In this document: positions 1-11,362 of the stretch, piece by piece | Position numbering within the stretch: the first letter of the stretch is position 1 | Layout: each line of letters starts with the position of its first letter | Origin: Selaginella moellendorffii | Lineage: Eukaryota > Plantae > Lycopodiophyta | NCBI RefSeq assembly: GCF_000143415.4 | Contig: NW_003314287.1 | Span: 890,203-954,202 of the forward strand | DNA: 64,000 bases | Direction: 5' to 3' | Position numbers and translations under genes: made by a program | The notes under the pieces: generated by a model | Seen by the model: only the letters and a program-made list of their open reading frames with translations | Database searches by the model: none | Told to the model about the DNA's origin: nothing

Positions 1-548
1 CCATTCTGTTTGAACAAGCTGTATATATCCGGGTTGATATACTTGGATGCTGTGCGGACAAGGTTCGTCTGCTGCAAACGGCAAAGGGGGATTTCTCTGA
101 TCAAGTCACAAGGGCCTGGCCACTTGAGCGCCTCAAGTGTTTGGTGAACTGCTTTTTCCCTTGTTTGCATAATAGTCTCTTGGAAGCGCTTGTCCACCAC
201 GTTGTTAGGAAGGTCTGCAACTCTTTCAGCTCCAGGCTGTTTCTCAGGTTCCCTATCGTGAACACCACTAGATTGCCCAACTTCAGGGATTTGCGTTGGT
301 GGTGGTGGCAGTGGTGGCAGGGGCAGAGGCAATAGTGGTAGTGGTGGTGGCAATGGTGGTGGTGGCAGTGGCGATGGAGGTCGTGGAGGTGGTGATGGCG
401 ATAGTGGAGGTGGTGATGGTGGAGGTGATGGTGGTGGAGGTGGTGAATCTCTAACTAAATGTGTCTCTGTTGTGCCAATGGACATGTCGATTGTGATGTC
501 ATCGTCAGTGCCAAATTGAACTTCTCGTGTCTTCTTGGCTCCAACAAC
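1..548 (-). CDS. Partial proline-rich protein running off the left edge; possible start of a ParB/sulfiredoxin-like domain; probably TE cargo
   Basis: Manual translation gives a stop-free frame from 548 to 1: VVGAKKTREVQFGTDDDITIDMSIG...PPPPPSPPPSPPPLSP...REIPLCRLQQTNLVRTASKYINPDIYSLFKQN. It is absent from the ORF track because no stop lies in the window. The (GGT)n tract at 296-445 encodes the poly-Pro. Confidence 0.6.
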
Positions 549-669
549 CTTTTTATGTGTTACAATTTTTCTTTTTTGCAAGAGAAAAAGTTTTATTAGT
601 CAAACTAAATAAAGATAATGAGAAATTTAAACAGTCAAAGAGAAAAAAAAAATCAAGTGGGCCTAGACT

Positions 670-960
670 CCACCTCGGGCACTTTGGTTGCCCAGGGGGG
701 CGTGGCGATGCGAATAACCTCGGGCCCCTGAGCAGCCAAAGTGCCCGAGGTGGCCGGCCCGAGCTCGAGCTTGAGTAGTTTTTCTCGCCGAGGAGCCGAG
801 GTTATTCAACTAACCTCGGCCCCTCGGCAAGCAAAACTGCCCAAAAACTACCCGAGATGGCCGGCCCGAGCTCGACCTCGGGCAGTTTTGCTCGCCAAGG
901 GGCCACGGTTATTTCAATAACCTCGGCCCCTCGGCAAGCAAAACTGCCCGAGGTGGCTAG
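670..960. repeat. Array of alternately inverted ~40-bp GC-rich units (tandem hairpins, period ~100 bp)
   Basis: Unit AACCTCGGCCCCTCGGCAAGCAAAACTGCCCGAGGTGG at ~713, ~811 and ~916; degenerate reverse complements at ~670, ~770 and ~876. Confidence 0.85.
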
Positions 961-1124
961 CCCAAGCTTAACCTTGGCCAGCAAAGAAGAAATCAAGAAA
1001 AAAAAAGGGAAGCAATGGAATGGAAGCAATGGACTCAAAAAATGGAAGTGGAAGCAATCAAATCGAAACTCACCCTTGATGGCATCTTTCCTCTCGATTT
1101 CTTGATCGTGCTAGATTTCTTGTG

Positions 1125-1380
1125 TGCTCAATCTCTCCTGCTTGTGCACTCAATCTCTCCGGCTCGCACACTCAATCTCTCCCGCTCGCATGCTCAATCT
1201 CTCCCGCTCGCGCGCTCAATCTCTCCCACTCGCGCGCTCAAACTCTCCCGCTCGCGCGCTCAATCTCTCCCGCTCATGCGCTCAATCTCTCGATCTCTTG
1301 CATGCTCAATCCCTCGATCTCCTTCGCACTCAATCCCTCGATCTCCTTCGCACTCAATCTCTCGATCTCTCGCGCGCTCC
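1125..1380. repeat. Minisatellite (22-bp unit grading into a 24-bp variant)
   Basis: About 7 copies of CAATCTCTCCCGCTCGCGCGCT, then about 4 of CAATCCCTCGATCTCCTTCGCACT. It explains the repetitive ORFs at 1015-1464. Confidence 0.9.
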
Positions 1381-2465
1381 ACTCACAATGCGAACAGTAA
1401 CCTAATCTTGGCAGCTACCCTAACCCTAATCCTGATGGCTGCCCTAACCCTAACCAATCTCTAATCCTGGCAGTTCATTCCGAATAACCTAAATCTCAAC
1501 CATCACAATATCTTTGATCTTATTTTATCTTATCATTATTATTATATGTAAATTATGCTTCTTTATTTTGTATATTTTAATGATGGTATAACTAGCACCT
1601 ATCAACATTTCTGTTATTAGAGATATGATATTTTATTTTACAAATTATCTAGAAAGGATGCATTCTCATAAATATTTTGTACATATTTTGGAATCGTTAC
1701 AAGAACTTTAAAGAGTATAAATAAGGCATGTTAAAATATGTTGTACTATATCCATCTATGAATGGATGAATCCTCATCCAGAAATTTATTTTGTGTTGTA
1801 TAAGATCCTAAACAATAGGCACGTGCTTTAAATGTCATTGAGCAGTGTTCACAATTATGGATAAAACTTGAGTTGTACTATGAATCAAATTTGTCATTGA
1901 AGAATAAGATTTGACAAGATTTATTATCATCTACCACTTAAAATTTGACAACTTGACATATCACATGTGCTGATAGTTAGATTGGATCTCTTGGTTTGAC
2001 ACGTTATAGCATAATGTCATTACTGGTATCATTATTAACTATCAAACTTCACGTGCTGAAAATCTTTCCTTGGATCTATATGTATACATGCATCAGACAT
2101 CATAATAGATGACAGTAATATTAATACTGTCACACTTACACATGTTAAATTTGTTATAGAATTTAAATTCGTTGTCTTCTTATTACTCTATTTAAATTTC
2201 AATTATGTTTCACTATAGATTTTTACAAGTAACATAAAGAGAGAGAACTCCAAAACCTATTGAGAAGGATGGGGAGGTTTCTTCTTCATTTTCGAGATCA
2301 CCCACCTTTTTCATTCTCTCAGAGTATTGTTTTTGAAAGTTTTTTATGTCGGCGTTTTGATCTTCGTTTTGGCTCTATTTCTTTAGAGGCTGTGATCTGC
2401 AACGACACCAGTATAGTTGCATACTCGGAGTTTCTTCTTTCTGGTGTGGGCGAGGGTGGACAACA

Positions 2466-5400
2466 ATGGGATTTACAAAATTCCAAGTCGAAAGAAAATG
2501 CGCTCCAACGAAAGTGAATGTGAAGCAAGAGTCAGTCGTTATCCTCTCGTCCTCTTCTAGTTCAAGTGGAGATGTTATGCTAGTGTCGGCGCCAAATTCA
2601 CCAGCTCCAACTCCAACTCCAACTTCAACAATATTCAAAGCCGTTAGCAATGCTTTCCAATTTTCACGCCTCTCAATCAATGTGAATTTGTTTTTGTATA
2701 GGCCTATGAGTGAGCTTCCATCCTCTTACAATAGCAACATTTTCTTCGAGCTACCACCTCTTGTCAGCAGCACAGGTTCCAAATGGAAGGGGATGGAAAC
2801 CAAGCAGGATGTCCACAATTGGTGCAAGATCAAGACCACACACTTCCAACATTTTGAAGGCATAGTGTCTATAGTTCATTGTGGCGGGCATTTAGATTGT
2901 GTGGATGAAGCATGCAATTGAGACCGCTCTAGAAACTCTATATTTTTCGAAGGGTCTACAATCAATCCTCCAGCCTGTGACACCATTGCTGTTGGATTCA
3001 AATGTCGATTCTGCAAAAATGCTCCTTTATGTCGTGCTATCTGCAAAGCCAAGATGTACTACTTTCTTCCACGGGATGGAGTGGCTAGAAGAGCTACAGT
3101 GCATGTTGGCACACATATGCATCCAATGCAGAAAGGGATACAAAGGAGTTCTCTCAACCGTTTCAAAGATGTTGTACAGGAAGAGACTATGAGAAATTCA
3201 TCTGCAACTCCGAAGCATGTTCAGAAAACCGTCCTCAAGGATTTTATCGCAAATACCTTACTCAATCCAGGTTGCCAAAAGACTCAACTAAATGAGGCTA
3301 GCTTGCCGGACTTACTACGAGGAGTACAACTTGCTACTAGCCTAAGGAGGTACATCTGTTATTTTTCATATGTTATAATAATAATTTTTTTTACATTATA
3401 TTGTTTAGGATAAAATCTTGGATGTGTGAATCTCGAGAGGGGAAGTTGCAATCAAAAATTGACTCCATCCTTGAATTAAAACGGACCTGTCCATATGAGT
3501 TTATCCACGGAAGTTTGTTTCAAGACCAAGTTGTGAATGAGCAAGAGCGCCCCTTCGTCTTCAAAATGTCTACTATGGGCCCTGCCTCTGGTGTAGATCT
3601 TGTCTCCCGAATGGACATGTTTGGGTCCAGTGACCTTGCAAATGCATGGGTACATTTTGACCATATGGAGCGTGTATCCGATTGGACAACCATGGGAACT
3701 CATGTGTATGATCCAAGGTAATTTTTATTCTCATTATATTGAAATTGTTATAATATTTATGTTTTCATAGGCTACATTGTAACTTAACAATTGCAACAGC
3801 AGAGTTTAAAGTACAAGACCAGACAGCACAGGAAATATTTTGGAAGTCCCTCTCTGATATTGTCCTAAAGTAGACTGGTAAGCCTGCAAACCTTCGTGGT
3901 TTCATGGCAGATGGGGCTGGTGCAAACTGGAATGGTATCTGAGCAGTTTTTGGGAATGGTCAACCATTGGAAGGTCGTGAGAGGACTTGTGAGTTCCATT
4001 GGGCTCAAAGCCTAAACCAGCACTGCCACCTTATCAAGCCAGAGTTTCAATCAATATTTAAGGAGTTGTGCAAAGAATGGCAGATTGCACCTTCTGAAGA
4101 AGAGTATGAGGCAAAAGCAAACGAGATCCGAATGTGGTGGCATAAAGATGGCCATACAGACGTAAGTTGCCTACCACAACTTGAGTCATGGTTAGGATGG
4201 TGGGAAGTTAGGATGTTCCAATGGGGATATCACTCTTTTCAGGTTGGTTTATATTTTTTCTTCTCCTTTTATTACCTTTTAATATTGCCTTTTCCATTAG
4301 GATCAACCACTTGAGGACCTCGCATACACCCCAACTGTGAATCTCTCTGAAAGTAAGCATTGGAGTTGGCGTTCCTTTGAGGTAGGGAAAGGGAAGATGA
4401 GTCTATACGAAGCCTATCTATCAGATTTGATACGTGCTATAGAGCAATCTTCAAAAGCACTGGCATTCGAGGAAGGAAGATACATAGGAACAGGGCCTTC
4501 TGTTGAGACGTTACATGATAGGATGAAGAGAAAATTAACTCCACCCACCCGAACAGTGGCAATTACAGTTGAAAAAGTGGTCCGTGGCACATCTATAGAG
4601 TACACTCCCCGAGCTTCTATTGGTGATATAAAGACTGTCCGCTCAAAGCGTCATTTTTCCTTTGCTGGGGAAGATGTTGGTACGGACCTTGAAGCAAAAA
4701 GCTCTCACAGGCCTGATGTCGAGTACCATTCTGCTCCAAGACACCGCTCTCGGACCGAGCCACCTCAAGTGGCTGATGAAGAGAGTGCATTGCAATAGGT
4801 TGAAATTGCTTACCGTAGCGTAGAGCCGAAGCAATGGGCAATCCGACGCGTGCCAGCAAAATCGAATGTAAGGTGTGTGGGGATGCTTCCGAGGGGCAAG
4901 TGTTGGGCTTGGATTTGTGGTGAAAAATCTGCTTCTGTTCCAGCCCCATGTTTCTATGGGGAACGAAAGCAAGCAGGATTTTCAAGATGGTGTTGGCTAT
5001 ATTGTTGCAACACCGACGCCAACCATACGAAGCGGCTTGAAGACACTATAGTGACTAAACTTGATGCAGTACCTAAAGAATGGCCGGTTGCTAATGGGGT
5101 TGCACTCACCTCGGATGAGATTGAAAACCTTGAGAAATCTGGTTTTAATCTTGAGAGGAGAGTTGGAGACATGAGTGACAGGAGCAGGACTATTCCTACA
5201 GAGATGCACAGGAGGCCAGCATGAAAAGGTAAGGTAGTTAAATTTATTGGTACCGTCTCCAAGCAGAAGCAAGGTAAAATAAACTTGGCTCAAACACTTG
5301 AGTGTGAGATTCTCTCCACGAAGTACATCACTGCGCTTGCAAGGGAGTACATAGTCAAAACAGAAGGTGGAGAGTACACAATTGCCATTCATGACTTTCC

Positions 5401-5578
5401 TTCTTGCACATGTCCAAACTTTACGAAGCGCGAGGAACATGGGAAGGCATATGCTCCTTGCAAGCATATGTACTACATCTTCATCAACATCTTGCACCAG
5501 GATCCTAAAGTGGATATTCATATACACCAAGCAAGCCTTACTATTGCTGAGTTGCAGAAAACTTTTGGAGCTAATTAG
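2466..5578 (+). pseudogene. Mutator-like (MULE) DDE transposase with N-terminal GCM/WRKY-like Zn domain and C-terminal SWIM finger, inactivated by 5 in-frame stops
   Basis: Motifs: CGGHLDC...CRFC...VGTHMHP; VHFDH (D1); FMADGAGANWNGI (D2); RTCEFHW (CxxH); NLSESKH (E); CTCPNF...CKH (SWIM). GT-AG introns at ~3350-3408, 3718-3770 and 4243-4300. Stops at 2919, 3871, 3940, 4796 and 5222. Confidence 0.85.
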
Positions 5579-5669
5579 ATTTCTCCAACACTATCGATGT
5601 TTATTCTCTATCAATAAAACTTATTATACTTTATATAATTAATAAAAATATGCTTTTTCATTTCACTTT

Positions 5670-5970
5670 TCATTTTATATGCTTTCGAGTGTTCTTCTCG
5701 CAATACTACCCATAGTACTCGTGTGTCTCCATTTCTGTCTTTACCATCTCAAAAAGGATTTCATGGTAGTCTTTCGGGTGCATGATGTTGCAGTGTGTCG
5801 CAAGAGCATATATACCATCATACTAATCATTGCCATTGTTTCCACCAGACGCTAGAAAACATATGGGGCACTTCTTGAAAGTGGCAAAATTGCACTTTTC
5901 TAAAACAAGTAAGAGGGCATTTTTTTCACCTAATTTGTTGCACCCTCTGTCATTGCGTTTATCTCCAACT
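5670..5970 (-). pseudogene. Decayed ORF convergent with the transposase, with a CPxC...H...H zinc finger (zf-XS-like)
   Basis: Manual translation: ...LEKCNFATFKKCPICFLASGGNNGND*YDGIYALATHCNIMHPKDYHEILFEMVKTEMETHEYYG*YCEK. Internal TAGs at 5823 and 5706. Confidence 0.45.
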
Positions 5971-6659
5971 CATGATCACTATCCTCACTATCTTCTCTTT
6001 CATTCTCTTGTGTGATTTGGTTATGCTATACAATGGGATAGTTATTGCATCTCCTAGCCCTTGAACCCTAGGAAGAAAGATTGTGAGAGTTAAAATTACC
6101 AACACTAGAACCCATAGACATTTGTGGGTGTATTTCTCTTTTTTCGAATGAGAGTGTGAATGAAGATCTATAAATTCTAGACAGTATGCTACGACAAACC
6201 CCTCAAGAATGTATTCTACAAAGAACCAAGTCTTTCTTTTATATGCAATAAGCTTACATCAACAGTTATTTTTTTTCCTTTCAAACGGTTATATGGCTTT
6301 ATATATAATCTTATTTCAAATTTAATAATTTTTTAATTCTAACAAACCTAACATTTACTAGCTAAAAAGGATAGAGTAAAAATTTAAAGAAATGACAAGA
6401 ATACTCTTTTTGCAAACATTTTATTTTATGTTCTAACAAATGTCCCTATCATTGCATGTAGTAAATATTTAAATTATTAGAACAAAAAGTGTTCTTTAGA
6501 ACATTTTTATCTATATAATATATAGAGAGTTATTAAATTATTAGGTTCGCCATAACCTTAAAATTTTAAAATTTATAATGTTTGTACTAAATTACAATTG
6601 AAAATTGAGCTCAACTCGTGAGCTCAACTCTTCAACTCGTGAGCTCAACTATGGTCTGC

Positions 6660-7100
6660 GCCCTATACTCCCAATCCAAGCATGGGTGGCACTATCTACT
6701 TGGATACCTAGCGTGGTTCATAAAACCTCGTTTTAGCCCCATGGCTACAGCACCTAAAGGCAGAAGGTGGGGAGAGTACCCATGAGACATACATAGGGCT
6801 ATAGTGTTCCGAAATAGTGTCCCAGAGTCCCAGATGGTGGAAAAGAAGAGGAGCAATCCTCTAGTGTAGTGACCAAGGATGTGGTCACATGGTGAGGAAG
6901 TCTCAGAGAACAAAGGGACTTCATGGTCAGGCTTGTGGGCCCTTATCCAATAGTAGTGTTAGCGAACGCGGCCATGGACAGAAAGGGACTTAGTGGGGAC
7001 CGAATAAGGGATATTGGGGAAGGCTATTCCCCATGTCTGCAAGCATCCTAAGGATGCTAAGGAGTGGATCTAGGATGACCACTCATAGATAGATGGCCCA
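6660..7100 (-). mobile_element. Possible degraded non-LTR retrotransposon (LINE) 3' fragment, zf-RVT-like
   Basis: One frame reads WGIAFPNIP...LLPLG...R*CHPC, loosely like the zinc-binding region after LINE reverse transcriptase. It contains several stops. Confidence 0.3.
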
Positions 7101-7103
7101 GTC

Positions 7104-7917
7104 TTTGAGAAATGGGACTGTGATATAAGTGGTGTTGGATAACTAGTGTGACAAAAGTGAATAAGCATGGCATTAACATAATAGGCTGATATGTCAGTGG
7201 TACCTTTGGGTGTTGGTTATGAGATCAGACACGTGGAGCACTTGGACCAAGTGCAAAGGTTGAGTCACATGGATGCCATTCTCGGGACTAGCAAGCCCCA
7301 AGTCTTGAATTAGACTTATAGAGGTTATGAATGAGACTTCTCCAAGTGGTTGGAGGTGTGATTAAATTATTAAAGTAAAATGAAAAAATTAATCACTTAC
7401 AAAGGAGTATTATGAATTTGGCACCAATACAACTATATATATACTATTACCAAATGACATTATGTTGTATCTCTGGTCAATAAAAAGACTTATGTAACTT
7501 TTTAATCACTATTTGAGATATGGGACTGTAATGTAAGTGGTATTAAATCACCAATGTGAGAAAGGTGAATAGGCATAGCCTTCGCATAATAGGCTGATAT
7601 GTCAGTGGTACCTTTGGGTGTTGGTCATGGGATCGGGCATGTGAAGCACTTGGACCAAGTGCAAAGGTTAAGTGGCATGGATGCCATTCTCAGGACTAAT
7701 AAGCCCCAAGTCATGAATTGGACTTATAAAGGTTGTGAATGAGACTCCTCTAAGTGGTCGGAGGTATAATTAAATTATTAAAGTAGAATGGAAAAATTAA
7801 TCACTTACACAAGAGTATTATGAATTTGGCACCAATACAACTATGTATATACCATTACCAGATGACATTATGTTATATCTCTGGCCAATAAAAAGACTTA
7901 TATAACTTTTTAATCAC
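7104..7917. repeat. Diverged tandem duplication, 2 x ~408 bp
   Basis: 7104-7509 and 7512-7917 share long identical blocks, e.g. CATAATAGGCTGATATGTCAGTGGTACCTTTGGGTGTTGG and GAGTATTATGAATTTGGCACCAATACAACTAT. A ~40-bp related piece recurs at ~14087-14125. Confidence 0.92.
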
Positions 7918-9651
7918 ATAATAATGTTCTATATACCCATTTAGAATAGGAGGGTCCTAGTAAATATGGAGAAAGCATGGAATAAAAACCAACCACAAAT
8001 GGTTATTATGATCAATTATAATAAAGTAAATAAAGTCATTCTTAAGGTGATATTGAGAATGTAAATGTTAAAACAAAAAAATCATTATTGAGTGATGCAA
8101 GATTCTCAAATCCATGATGAAATCTTTAAATCCATAGCTCAACCTTTTGGGAAAATTAATAACATAAAGTAATACTAAGTCATCTATTTTATATTTTGAA
8201 GTGGATGATAATAAGAGTTGTAATGCCATTATTATACAGCACTTGAACTAATAGAAGACTACTAGTTAATACAGATCCTTAGACCTAACATTAGCAACTT
8301 ATGGCAATTATAAAGGTAAACTTAACTTTGTTGGCGATATAGGATCGTGACTAACCAATGGAACTATTATATGATATAGTGTCATGAATATGATTACAAC
8401 ACCTCTTGGCAAGTCCTTTTATATATTCTTTCCTTATTACCATGATGGCAAGAGGTCAATATTGCTAAATCTTTTTTCAGTCTCTACCCAAGCTAGTTGA
8501 GAAATTAGTCTTCATATGTGCACTTGGCTAGAAGAGCATAAGTACAAAATTCTTAAATGTTATTAATCAAAAAATATACTTGACCTAGTTAGAGAAATTT
8601 ATTCATTAGCTTGCACTTACTAATTTTGAGAACCTTTGTAGTATTGACCTTAGTCCCTCAATACTCGCTAAGTGATAGTTTACCATATCATGCCTTATAT
8701 GTTAGTCCCATTTGGTTCTAATAACAAATTATGGAAAGTGTTTAAATTTTTTATTTGGCATATTTATAAAATTTAGAGATTATTCTGAATATAATGGTAT
8801 TTGTCCCATGTCCAAATTCGCAATCTTGCATTATTCTATATTTAATAAGTTTCAAGCTTGTCCTAGAGACTAACTCCTAATACTAAAGGTGAAAGACTAA
8901 AGCATATATTCCTTAAGGGCAAAGCGAGAGGTTGTAAAGGGGTTCCAAATGTATAGTAGGGATGGTGGGTAGGTCGTGCATGGCTAATCAACCTGAGACA
9001 TAGTTTAGCTCCCACTTGCATGTTTATCCTTGTTTGCATCAGCTTAGGTCTAAGCCCAAATTCCATACTATGCTAACTAGTGAAGTACCTATATCCTCGT
9101 GTTAGGCCATTGGTATGCTGAAATAACACTAAACTTTATTTTGCTCCTTTTTGCATATTGGTTTTGACATTGAGATGTTAGAAGCTCTAGGATTGTTCTA
9201 ATATTACTCTATACTCCTATCATTTTACTCTTTGGACTAAACACTCAAAAGTCACTTTGTGTTTTAGTTCCTTTGCTCTTTGGTTGCAAACTTGGCAATT
9301 TAGCTCTATTCTTTCATTTAGTGGCTCAATGCTCTAAAACTTGGGTTCCACTCTACTGTCCTTGGACATATGGCATATGGCCTGTAGCATGTGATATATG
9401 GCATATGGAAGGTTTAAGTTTTGCTCCATGGTTATCCTATGGTAAATCACCATAGAATAAAGGGTGAAAACTACATATGCTATAGATATGCATACTAGAT
9501 AAATGGTAAATAATCATCTCAATTCAAATGCTAAAAGTTCATGTACTTTACAATTATCCTCTTAAAGGTCTAAATGAACTATTTTACTACTGCCACAATG
9601 ATCCGGTTGGAGCCGAGTCAAGAGAAATCGAGAGAAAACCTCAAAGGCCAC

Positions 9652-9800
9652 TTCTTTGAGGTTTGCTGCGCTAGAGCGTTCCAGGAGACTGTGTTTGGAG
9701 CCATGATCTTCTCAAAAGCTCTGTGAACATCGGCCATCCCACACTTAGTGTACATATCCACCAACATGTTTCTGACAAAAACATCACTAGATCGATGCTC
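9652..9800 (-). pseudogene. Isolated PPR gene fragment
   Basis: Translates to SDVFVRNMLVDMYTKCGMADVHRAFEKIMAPNTVSWNAL, a typical PLS-PPR S/P junction, with no surrounding ORF. Confidence 0.75.
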
Positions 9801-11362
9801 TCGAGCTACTGGGAAGAAATTTTTGGAATCCTCTTGCGGAAGCTCGCTTACCTGATTTCAAGAGAAATCTGGCGGCTGGATGGCAAATGCTAGAAAGCTC
9901 TGCACTGCTCGAAGAACCCTAAACAATTCTAGCGATGCCATTGCCCGAGAGCAAGAAGAGAAGGAGCGCCCGAGCGGTATCTTCTTTGTATTCCCCTTAG
10001 CTATCTTTAAGAGAGAATGCATGTGTTTCAGGAATCGACATATTCGTGTTGCTGAAAATCTATCACAAGAATTTTTCCATTTTAAGGCTCTAAACGTCTC
10101 TCAGAGAACTCAGTAGTTTCATCGTCAAACAAAGTCGTTTGGCCCTGTAGAAGACAATGACAATTGTAAGAAACCTCACATGATCAGTCGGCTTATCAAG
10201 AAAGACTCAAATCTGAATGGTTCCATGGCGATCCAACACCCGAGCCCACCACACAACCTACTTCGTTCATTTGCCACCATTCGGTTCTGCTGCTATCGGG
10301 CGCAGCAAACCTAAGGCTTCCAACCGCTTCTACGAGTGATCAGGAGATACCGCGAGTGCATGGGCGCAGTCCGGATCAAACGAGCCTCGGCAGCCTGGTC
10401 GAGCTCGAGAAATCTGGCAAGCACAGGCAAACAAACACGAAGCAAACAAGGTGAATACCGTTACCTTATGACAGTGCCTTAACACCGGCATTCTAAGGAT
10501 GAGGATCGTGTTGGAGGCGTGTAGAACGGCGTCCGAGTTTATCCCGAGAGAAAGATCGCAACAAATGTATGCTGGTCAGTTTCTTTCCATCGGTGGAGAT
10601 GGCAAATGGCAAGGGCATCCATGGGAAGGTACCGTTTTAATCGTCAAGCCAAGCATTCCACTCGGGCTCCATGCTGAATTTGTGTAAGGGAGACTCAGCC
10701 CTGAAAAAATTCAAGGCATGGCGAATGACTCATCCAGCTCGTTTTCGAGATTCTCCCTATCCATCCTTGATCGCGTGATTCTTCCTTCTTTCTAGCCTCC
10801 ACCGCCATCGACGCGCAACGCCCTCGGCCCTGGAGCGAACTAGTTTCTGATGTGCCAGCATTCAGGATGGATATTTGGGCGCGGCCGAGCGATTGTTCTT
10901 CGGAGCGCCAGATGGCGGATCTCCAATCCGAGGAGAGATTCCCTGTCCCAGCATTGGACGAGGCGGCGGTGGAAGGAAGAGCATTGAAAGGTGACAGAGA
11001 TCTAAACAACCTGGAATTTTCTAGCATAGAAAGGTTAGCCTAGGGTATAGAATGGGCCTATGGATAATAAGCACTTGCAAAAGTGTGGCGTATCCCTAAC
11101 AATTATTAAACAAGAAACCATTGTTCAAGAGAATTTGATATGGATAAGAATGTTGAAACACCACTCAATTGAGGAAAAAGTATCAAAAAATGGTCACAGA
11201 TGCATTAACAAAAGCATCAACTTACAATCAATGAGCTAGGTAATATTAGAAATAACATTGTGCTAGCCAATGAGTGTTGTCAAGGGTTCTTGGAGCAAGC
11301 GCATGTATAAACCCCACAAAATCTTAATAAAGTGCTAGCCACTTGATCACATAAAGCAAGAG

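Noticed and set aside
857-1464. Several overlapping ORFs of 80-150 aa
   Set aside because: They are by-products of the palindromic array and the 22/24-bp minisatellite.
1395-1470. CCCTAA telomere-like motifs
   Set aside because: Only a few degenerate copies; not a telomeric array.
9880-11043. GC-richer island with short ORFs and a donor-like site
   Set aside because: Probably gene relics, but I found no consistent frame or recognisable motif.
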